A stretch of 17,322 nt of DNA. Source: Candidatus Sumerlaeia bacterium (GTDB taxonomy: Bacteria; Sumerlaeota; Sumerlaeia; SLMS01). The stretch is taken from positions 1 through 17,322 of the forward strand of contig JBBQYG010000078.1 of the NCBI GenBank assembly GCA_038208905.1, written 5' to 3'. The position numbers and the translations under genes were made by a program. The first letter of the stretch is position 1; each line of letters opens with the position of its first letter. Shown here piece after piece: positions 1-6,063 of the stretch. The notes beneath the pieces were generated by a model. It was not told the origin of the DNA. It saw only the letters and a list, made by a program, of their open reading frames with translations, and did not search any database.

Positions 1-625
1 ATCCGCCGAGAGCCTCGCCCGCGCCGCCGCCGGTGAAGAACTCGAACATGAGGACGGCGATGAAGACGCCGATGGGATCGATCAGGACCCCTTCCCAATG
101 GAGGATGTCGTGCAGGTTCTCCTTGATCCGGATGCGTCGCAACAGCGGCGCGACGACGGTCGGTCCGGTAACGATCACCAGGCTCGCCGCAAGGAGCGAC
201 ATGGCGATGGAGCGCTCCGGGAGGAGATTCCCGAAGAGCAGGTAGATGAGCAGCGCCGTGCAGAACCAGGTTACGATGACGCCCAGCGACAGCAGGCGCT
301 TGATCATCGTGGATGCGGACTTGTAGCCTTGGATATTGAGCGTGAGCCCGCCCTCGAACAGGATCAAGGCCACCGCGAGGTGGATCAACGGACCGAGGGT
401 TGTGCCGAGTTCCGCCGGTTGCACCCACCCGAAAACCTGAGGGCCAAAAAGCACGCCACCGAAGAGCAGGAGGACGATCGACGACATCCCAAGGCGCCGG
501 GACATCAGCACCAGCGTGACGCCCGCAACGATCGCCACCCCCAGCGTCTGGAGCGCGGGAGAGGTGCTGTGCTGCATACCCGCCTTGCTGGCGGTTTCAG
601 CAACGGCGAGCAGCGTCAGTGACAA
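1..625 (-). CDS. Cation:proton antiporter (CPA1/NhaP-type Na+(K+)/H+ antiporter), N-terminal part; continues beyond the window start
   Basis: Own translation; missing from the ORF track because it has no stop inside the window. Multiple hydrophobic helices with CPA1 motifs LILFEGGL, LVIVTGPTVVAPLLRRIR and LHWEGVLIDPIGVFIAV. Likely TTG start at 625 with AGGGAG RBS 9 nt upstream; an in-frame ATG at 577 is the alternative. Confidence 0.88.
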   Translation of the reverse strand, partial: MSLTLLAVAETASKAGMQHSTSPALQTLGVAIVAGVTLVLMSRRLGMSSIVLLLFGGVLFGPQVFGWVQPAELGTTLGPLIHLAVALILFEGGLTLNIQGYKSASTMIKRLLSLGVIVTWFCTALLIYLLFGNLLPERSIAMSLLAASLVIVTGPTVVAPLLRRIRIKENLHDILHWEGVLIDPIGVFIAVLMFEFFTGGGAGEALGG

Positions 626-929
626 GGTGGTCTGCTCCCTCGGGCGATCAAGCTACCAAGACTCTTATTTGATCCCGTGTTTGAGCGGGAGCCAACGGCA
701 ATAGCGCCGCCGGCGCTCGCTCGATCCGCCGTCGTCCATCGTCGCCGCAGATACAGATGGCGGCCATCGTGACCATTTTTTTTTCCACTCGGCGTTTTCT
801 TCTTGCCGGTGTAGCAAAAACAGGTCTCTCGTCTCCGACAAAGCTCGGTCAGAACAACCCGGAAGCCCCGCCGGGTCGGCCTCGCGAGACCAACCATCCC
901 CGTTCCCGCTCCAAGGAGTGATCGCCATC

Positions 930-1670
930 ATGCGCATCCGTTCCGCCGCCGCTCTCGTTCTCGTTACCGCAACCACTCTCACGTTGGCCGCATGCTCGGG
1001 CCGCCCGGAGAACAGCCCCGCCATCCGCAAGAAGTTCGCCGAGGTCGACACCCTCAAGGAGTCGATCGACAAGCTGACCGCACAGGTCGAGCTGGTTGGC
1101 GCCGATGTGCGCCGCCTTTCCGAGGAGAACGGCGAGCTTCGCGCCTTCATCCCCACCGATGGCTCCGGAACCCCGGCGCTCGACAAGCTGACGACGCTGG
1201 AGTCGCGGCTGAACCAGCTCGAGGGTCTGACCGCTGGCAAGGTGCTCGCCAATAGCACCACGAAGAAGGCTCCCGCCGCTGGCGCCCCTGAAGTGGCCGC
1301 CGCACCTGCAAAGACAGGCGACCTCGCAACTGCCCCGATTGCGGGTGCGCCCGCTCCCGTCGCCGCCGCGCCGGCGCAGGCCTCCAAGCAGGCCGTCGTC
1401 GCCAATCAGCAGGAAGTGAAGCCGGCCAAGGAAGTCGCGCAGAAGTCCACCACCAAGCCGGGCTTCAAGCAGATGACCAGCACCAAGCCCGCCGCGCCCG
1501 CCGCGGCCCCCGCTTCGCGCGGCACCTATCACGTGATCGAGCCCGGCGACACGGTACAGACCATCGCCGCCAAGAACAACATCACGGCGGATCAGCTTCT
1601 GGAGGCCAATCGCCTCCCCGCAGGCGTCCGCCTCGCCAAGGGCCAGCGCCTTTTCGTCCCCGCGAAGTAA
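930..1670 (+). CDS. Lipoprotein with N-terminal coiled coil, Ala/Pro/Lys-rich linker and C-terminal LysM peptidoglycan-binding domain
   Basis: AAGGAG at 913-918, ATG at 930 (GTG at 918 is the alternative). Signal peptide with lipobox LAAC, heptad-like segments (TLKESIDKLTAQVELV, LDKLTTLESRLNQLEG), and LysM pattern YHVIEPGDTVQTIAAKNNITADQLLEANRL...LAKGQRLFVP. Confidence 0.88.
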   Translation: MRIRSAAALVLVTATTLTLAACSGRPENSPAIRKKFAEVDTLKESIDKLTAQVELVGADVRRLSEENGELRAFIPTDGSGTPALDKLTTLESRLNQLEGLTAGKVLANSTTKKAPAAGAPEVAAAPAKTGDLATAPIAGAPAPVAAAPAQASKQAVVANQQEVKPAKEVAQKSTTKPGFKQMTSTKPAAPAAAPASRGTYHVIEPGDTVQTIAAKNNITADQLLEANRLPAGVRLAKGQRLFVPAK

Positions 1671-1690
1671 CGCAGCACTCGACAGCGCCG

Positions 1691-1726
1691 AAAAAAGTCG
1701 AGGCCCGGGAGCGATCCCGGGCCTCG
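1691..1726 (-). terminator. Intrinsic terminator between convergent genes (U-tract on the minus strand; possibly bidirectional)
   Basis: Perfect 12-bp stem CGAGGCCCGGGA (1699-1710) / TCCCGGGCCTCG (1715-1726) with a 4-nt loop. A6 at 1691-1696 gives U6 after the hairpin on the minus strand. Confidence 0.8.
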
Positions 1727-1760
1727 TTGCATGATGCGGATTTAGCTGCTGACCACTGAA

Positions 1761-1970
1761 CTACTTCGGGCAGCATTCCTTGGCGTCTGTGCAGCAGGCC
1801 TTGTCGGCGCCGGGCTTGCAGCAGTTGGTCTTGCACTTGTCACAGCACCCGTTCTCGCAGCAGGCGCATGCGCACTTGCAGGCCGCGGCGCCCTTTGGTG
1901 AAGCCGATGCGGAGGCGCAACCGGCCAACGCGAGGGTAAGGCCGAGGACGAGGCTTCGCAGAATCATCAT
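1761..1970 (-). CDS. Small Cys-rich, metallothionein-like lipoprotein (69 aa)
   Basis: AGGAG RBS 9 nt upstream of ATG at 1970. Signal peptide MMILRSLVLGLTLALAGC with canonical lipobox LAGC. C-terminal CKCACACCENGCCDKCKTNCCKPGADKACCTDAKECCPK has 14 Cys in 39 aa. A terminator follows. The longer 2162 start in the ORF track overlaps the upstream gene and is rejected. Confidence 0.8.
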   Translation of the reverse strand: MMILRSLVLGLTLALAGCASASASPKGAAACKCACACCENGCCDKCKTNCCKPGADKACCTDAKECCPK

Positions 1971-1978
1971 GGTAAAAG

Positions 1979-2070
1979 CTCCTGTTTGGATTGGCTGAGT
2001 GTCTTGTGGTGTCGGTTTGACGCGGCCATCAGGCGACGGAATCTCAACACAAGAGCACACCACACAGGAG
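1979..2070 (-). promoter_or_regulatory. Predicted mRNA hairpin pairing the 3' end of the upstream ORF with the RBS of the Cys-rich lipoprotein gene
   Basis: Nested complementary blocks in plus coordinates: CTCCTGT 1979-1985 / ACAGGAG 2064-2070; TGG 1987-1989 / CCA 2060-2062; GTG 1999-2001 / CAC 2056-2058; TCTTGTG 2002-2008 / CACAAGA 2048-2054; TTGA 2017-2020 / TCAA 2044-2047. A small inner hairpin lies at 2026-2039. Confidence 0.6.
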
Positions 2071-2496
2071 GTGGGTGGATGTTCCCCATCGATAGGTGTG
2101 GGCGAATGCCGTTGGTCCCAATGGGGGCGACGCGTCGCCCGGCAATTCGTGGTCATGGGCACTGAATCGTTGGAGGTCCGCCACCACCGGCGAGGGTTCC
2201 CGCACTTCCGTGCGATCTGGAATCGGAGCCGGAATCGGATCGGGGAGGCACTGGCAACTGGGCGCGCTGCTGTCAGGGGCCGGGGCCTGAACCGGAGGCG
2301 CGCCGCAGCATCCCGCCAGTTTGCCGGCCGGTCGGGCGGCAGAGGGCACGCATGTCATCTTGGTCGCCGGTGCCGCCATCGGCGGGCAGTCCGACGCACA
2401 GGCAGCCCTCAGCCCGAAACCCAGGGGGCCAGTTGCGGCCATCGCCATCACGAGGAGCAGAGCGACCATGTGCCGAATTTGGCGGACAGTCTTCAT
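2044..2496 (-). CDS. Cys/Pro-rich protein with N-terminal hydrophobic segment; putative metal-sensing upstream (leader) ORF
   Basis: Fills the gap between mazG (12 nt upstream) and the Cys-rich lipoprotein on the same strand. Basic N-terminus plus hydrophobic stretch VALLLVMAMAATGPLGFGL; 9 Cys (CASDC, C, CC, CQC, C-terminal HLLCGVLLC); Pro-rich linker; SPP motif about 25 aa before the stop. Confidence 0.65.
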   Translation of the reverse strand: MKTVRQIRHMVALLLVMAMAATGPLGFGLRAACASDCPPMAAPATKMTCVPSAARPAGKLAGCCGAPPVQAPAPDSSAPSCQCLPDPIPAPIPDRTEVREPSPVVADLQRFSAHDHELPGDASPPLGPTAFAHTYRWGTSTHLLCGVLLC

Positions 2497-2508
2497 GGCA
2501 GAAATGAA

Positions 2509-3396
2509 TCACTTGTTGGGCGCGGTTGTCGTGAGCTTCTTGGCCTCTTCCCAAAGACGATCCATCTCCTCCAGATTCGAGTCCGTGGGGAGTCGGCCCT
2601 GTTCGGCGAGGCGGGTCTCGATGTGGTGGAATCGCCGGAGGAACTTGCGGTTGGTGCCCTGCAGGGCTTGCTCGGGGTCGATGTGGAGGAAGCGGGCTAA
2701 ATTAACGATGGCAAAGAGGAGGTCGCCCAGTTCGTCCTGGATGCGCGCCGTGATCACGGGGTCCAGCGGCGGGCGCTCCTCTTCTCCCTTGTCCAGTACC
2801 GGTGCGCCGACCTCCGCGCTGCGCGGGGCGATGACTTCCTCCAACTCGCCGATTTCTTCGCGGATCTTGCCGAGGACCGGTGCCACGTCGGGCCAGTCGA
2901 ATCCCACGCGCGCGGCCTTGGCCTGGAGGCGGAAGGCCTGCTGCAGCGCGGGGAGCGATTTGGGAATGCCATCGAGGGCGCTCGGCGCTTTCTCTGATTT
3001 CCCGGCGCGCTCCTCGCGCTTGATGGCCTCCCAATTCTTGAGGACCGTCTCCGAATTGTTGGCCACCGTATCGGCAAAGACGTGGGGGTGGCGGCGGATC
3101 AGCTTGTCGCAAATCGCTGTATAGACGTCGTCCACGTTGAAGTGCCCGCCGCGCCGCGCAAGCGCCGCATGGAACACGATCTGGAGCCCCAAGTCGCCCA
3201 GCTCGCCGCAAAGCTCCCCCATGTCCCCATCGTCGATCGCCTCGCAGACCTCATAGGCCTCCTCGATCGCATAGGGCTTCAGGCTGGCGTGATCCTGCTT
3301 GCGGTCCCACGGGCACCCGTCGTCGGACAGCAATGACTCCATGATGTCCACCAGGCGGCGAAAGGAATCGGGGTTGGTGGGAATGGGCAGGGGCAT
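2509..3396 (-). CDS. mazG: Nucleoside triphosphate pyrophosphohydrolase MazG (two-domain)
   Basis: CPWDRKQ, IEEAYEV, ELGDLGLQIVFHA, KLIRRHPHVF, KAARVGFDW, DELGDLLFAIVNLAR, TNRKFLRRF and LEEMDRLWEEAK motifs. Confidence 0.95.
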   Translation of the reverse strand: MPLPIPTNPDSFRRLVDIMESLLSDDGCPWDRKQDHASLKPYAIEEAYEVCEAIDDGDMGELCGELGDLGLQIVFHAALARRGGHFNVDDVYTAICDKLIRRHPHVFADTVANNSETVLKNWEAIKREERAGKSEKAPSALDGIPKSLPALQQAFRLQAKAARVGFDWPDVAPVLGKIREEIGELEEVIAPRSAEVGAPVLDKGEEERPPLDPVITARIQDELGDLLFAIVNLARFLHIDPEQALQGTNRKFLRRFHHIETRLAEQGRLPTDSNLEEMDRLWEEAKKLTTTAPNK

Positions 3397-3403
3397 GAAG
3401 GAA

Positions 3404-3431
3404 GGGATGAGGTAGGAGGGATGAGGGATGC
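3404..3431. repeat. Degenerate 7-bp tandem repeat (GGGATGA x4)
   Basis: GGGATGA GGTAGGA GGGATGA GGGATGC, immediately upstream of the mazG start. Confidence 0.6.
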
Positions 3432-3462
3432 AAAACTTTGGAGTAGGCGGCGGTGCTGCATT

Positions 3463-3498
3463 GGTCCCATCGGACCTTTACGTCCCATAACTCCCATC
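3463..3498. repeat. Degenerate 9-bp tandem repeat (NGTCCCATM x4)
   Basis: GGTCCCATC GGACCTTTA CGTCCCATA ACTCCCATC in the fpr-mazG spacer. Confidence 0.5.
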
Positions 3499-3549
3499 AG
3501 ATCGCCAAGCAACAAGGGACCGGCCCACACCGCCGTTCATCCCCGCCGT

Positions 3550-4503
3550 TCACGCTTCCGCGGCGACGGTTTTTTCCTCGAGTGCCACGCCGGAGCCGCG
3601 GAGCCGTTCCGTCAGTTCCGTCATCAGCGTGGCGTCCTTGGTGTCGATCACGGGGGTGGTGTCGTACTGCTCGAAGAAAACCGAGCCGGGTGTGCCCTCG
3701 GGGACTCCGAACTCGCGGCGGAGCTTGCGGTCGCCGGGGACGAAGCCGCGGTGGAACAGCGACATGATCGTGTTGGCGATGGTGCCCTGCAATCCGCAGA
3801 TCATCACCGTCACCGCCTGGGGGTTGAAGCCGCCCTTGGGCAGGCCCAGAACTTCCTCCAGCGCGCCGATCTTCTCCGGCTCGAAGTGCGTCTCCACGCG
3901 CCCCGCCAGGCCCTTCCACTCCTGGTTCTCGCCCGGGCGGGAGACGGAGGCCAGATAGCGGCGGTGCGGGCCTTGGTTCATCACGCGCTCAAGCTCCTCG
4001 ACGTAGCCAAGGTCGCTGACATAGCTGGCGCCGTGCATGATGGCGTGGTTGCCGGGGTTGCCGGTGCGGTTGAAATGGTCGAAGACGATCGAGGTGAAGG
4101 GGGCCAGTCCTGTTCCCGCCGCGACCAGCACCTTGAGGCGCGCGTCCTCCTCGCCCATGGACTTCTCCACGGTGAAGTGCCCTTGCAGCTTGTTGCGCAT
4201 CATCAGGCGGTCGCCTTCCTCCAGCTGGAAGAGGAGGTGCGTCAGCGGATTCTCCGACGTGGGCGTGTTGACGTATCGGATGAAAAATTCCAGATAGTCG
4301 GCGTGGGTCTGGGGCGGCGACGCGATGGAGTAGGCGCGCATCACGGCCCCCTTCTCGGCGTGGTTCATGCCCAGAATCGCGTACTGGCCGGGGATGAAGG
4401 TCGGCACGTCGAAGTCCGCCTTCACGCGGAAGATCGCGAGCGACGGGGTCAGGATCTGCTTGTGGGTGACGATGGCGTTATACTCGACGGTCTTGGTGGC
4501 CAA
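3550..4503 (-). CDS. fpr: Ferredoxin(flavodoxin)-NADP+ reductase, bacterial Fpr family, with C-terminal extension
   Basis: FIPGQY, RAYSIAS (FAD binding), AAGTGLAPF, HGASY, VMICG and FFEQY motifs. Likely TTG start at 4503 with AAAGGGA RBS; the N-terminal extension to 4632 looks non-protein-like. Confidence 0.85.
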   Translation of the reverse strand: MATKTVEYNAIVTHKQILTPSLAIFRVKADFDVPTFIPGQYAILGMNHAEKGAVMRAYSIASPPQTHADYLEFFIRYVNTPTSENPLTHLLFQLEEGDRLMMRNKLQGHFTVEKSMGEEDARLKVLVAAGTGLAPFTSIVFDHFNRTGNPGNHAIMHGASYVSDLGYVEELERVMNQGPHRRYLASVSRPGENQEWKGLAGRVETHFEPEKIGALEEVLGLPKGGFNPQAVTVMICGLQGTIANTIMSLFHRGFVPGDRKLRREFGVPEGTPGSVFFEQYDTTPVIDTKDATLMTELTERLRGSGVALEEKTVAAEA

Positions 4504-4761
4504 TGGGGGCGGTCCCTTTCGCTGTTGGAACGGGGCGCCGCGGCGACCCCGAATGAGGGGGCCAGAGAGACGACAGGGCGGCGGCGCTGTCAACGGGGAG
4601 GGGTGGGCGACGGTCCAACTTGGGCAAGCCAATCGCCCGATTGGCGCCTCATGGACCTGCCGGGCTACCCCGAGACGGTGCTCCGCCGTTTTTCCTAGCC
4701 TCCCCCAGTATTAACCCCGATGACTCTGCGCGACCCCCCCCGCAAGGCGACCCGCCAGCCG

Positions 4762-6063
4762 ATGAAACCGCGAGCCTCCCACCCTTCGGCGCTCTCGCGT
4801 CGATGTCTTTCCATTGTTGCCGCGATGGCGCTTTTCGCTGCGTTGGTTTCTTGCGAGGGCGGAAACTCGATAGCGGGCAAGGACCCGATCAAGGTCGGCG
4901 TGCTCCACTCGCTCACCGGCACCATGGCCATCAGCGAGGTGGCGGTGAAGGACGCAACGCTGCTCGCCATCGAGGAGATCAATGCCGCCGGCGGCGTGCT
5001 GGGCAGGCCCATCGAGCCCATCGTCGTCGATGGCAAGTCGGACTGGGGGGTGTTTGCGTCGGAGGCCGAACGGTTGATCACGGCGGAGAAGGTCTCTGTT
5101 GTGTTTGGCTGCTGGACTTCGGCCAGCCGCAAGACGGTGAAGCCGGTCTTCGAGAAGCACGATCACCTGCTCTTCTATCCCGTGCAGTACGAGGGGCTGG
5201 AGCAGTCCCCGAACATTGTCTATACGGGCGCCGCGCCCAATCAGCAGATCATTCCCGCCGTCTCCTGGGCGTTCGAGAACATCGGCACGAAGTTCTTCCT
5301 GGTCGGGTCCGACTATGTCTTCCCTCGCACGGCCAACGCGATCATTCGCGACGTGGTGGTGGCCCGCGGTGGAGAGGTCGTGGGGGAGGAGTACGTCTTG
5401 CTCGGCGACAGCACCGTGCAGCCCGCGGTCGATGCGATCATCGCGTCCAAGCCCGACGTGATCCTGAACACGATCAACGGCGACAGCAACGTGGCCTTCT
5501 ACAAGGCGCTCCGCCAGGCGGGCGTCACGCCGGCGGAGACACCCACGATTTCCTTCAGCATCGCGGAGCCGGAATTGAAGAGCCTCGATGTTGCCGCGAT
5601 GGTGGGCGACTATGCGGCGTGGAATTACTTCATGAGCATGGAAGGCGCGGCCAACAAGGCATTCATCAAGAAGTACCAAGACCGATTCGGCGCGGGTTCC
5701 CTGACGTCCGACCCGATGGAAGCCGCCTATTTCGGTGTTCACCTATGGGCCCAGGCGGTGGAATCAGCCAAGTCCGCCAACCCGCTTTCTGTGCGCGCCG
5801 CCATTGGAGATCAGACCTATGACGCGCCCGAGGGCCTCGTGTATATCGACGCGGAAACCCAGCACACTTGGAAGGCCGCGCGGATCGGGCGAATCCGCGA
5901 GGATGCACAGTTCGACATCGTGTGGGAGACGGACAAGCCCGTCCGCCCCGTGCCCTTTCCCCAGACGCGCACGCGCGAGGACTGGGCTGCATTCCTGGAT
6001 GGCCTTCAGGCAGGGTGGGGAGGACAGTGGGCCAATCCCGGCCGCACTGCGGAAGCTCCATGA
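4762..6063 (+). CDS. urtA: UrtA-like urea/short-chain amide periplasmic binding protein (type I PBP), probably a lipoprotein
   Basis: GVLHSLTGTMAISE, FGCWTSASRKTVKPVFE, LLFYPVQYEGLE, TGAAPNQQIIPA, GSDYVFPRTAN, NTINGDSNVAF and AWNYF motifs; signal peptide ending LVSC. Start uncertain (ATG 4720 or 4762). The symbol reflects homology, not a shown transport role. Confidence 0.88.
   Translation: MKPRASHPSALSRRCLSIVAAMALFAALVSCEGGNSIAGKDPIKVGVLHSLTGTMAISEVAVKDATLLAIEEINAAGGVLGRPIEPIVVDGKSDWGVFASEAERLITAEKVSVVFGCWTSASRKTVKPVFEKHDHLLFYPVQYEGLEQSPNIVYTGAAPNQQIIPAVSWAFENIGTKFFLVGSDYVFPRTANAIIRDVVVARGGEVVGEEYVLLGDSTVQPAVDAIIASKPDVILNTINGDSNVAFYKALRQAGVTPAETPTISFSIAEPELKSLDVAAMVGDYAAWNYFMSMEGAANKAFIKKYQDRFGAGSLTSDPMEAAYFGVHLWAQAVESAKSANPLSVRAAIGDQTYDAPEGLVYIDAETQHTWKAARIGRIREDAQFDIVWETDKPVRPVPFPQTRTREDWAAFLDGLQAGWGGQWANPGRTAEAP

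Noticed and set aside
98-622. 174-aa plus-strand ORF (and 33..245)
   Set aside because: Antisense shadow of the minus-strand antiporter, which carries clear family motifs.
803-830. Shared promoter motif TTGnCn-N16/17-TCTCTC upstream of the LysM gene (803-830, +) and fpr (4565-4593, -)
   Set aside because: Only two instances, differing spacing and a non-canonical -10; cannot be separated from chance without TSS data.
1761-1970. RiPP precursor (ranthipeptide or lanthipeptide) reading of the Cys-rich peptide
   Set aside because: It has a Sec/lipoprotein signal rather than a RiPP leader, and no radical SAM, LanM or YcaO enzyme or peptide exporter is nearby.
2029-2046. Selenocysteine readthrough of the TGA after the terminal Cys of the 150-aa ORF
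   Set aside because: A second in-frame TGA follows four codons later, so readthrough gives nothing meaningful; the adjacent hairpin is better explained as part of the RBS-pairing structure.
1971-2162. N-terminal extension making the Cys-rich lipoprotein 133 aa, or a frameshift fusion with the upstream ORF
   Set aside because: A good RBS and signal peptide begin at 1970. The extension overlaps the upstream ORF in another frame, and no slippery site is evident.
3404-3507. CRISPR array
   Set aside because: Units are 7-9 bp and contiguous with no spacers, and there are no cas genes.
3421-4698. 425-aa plus-strand ORF, plus other long overlapping ORFs (4620..5822, 4711..5742, 6537..7529, 11597..13042, 12657..13775, 15492..16391)
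   Set aside because: Antisense or off-frame shadows of well-supported genes, expected in high-GC DNA; Arg/Gly/Ala-rich with no motifs.
4762-6063. Complete urea ABC transport or urease locus
   Set aside because: No permease, ATPase or urease genes are present in the window.
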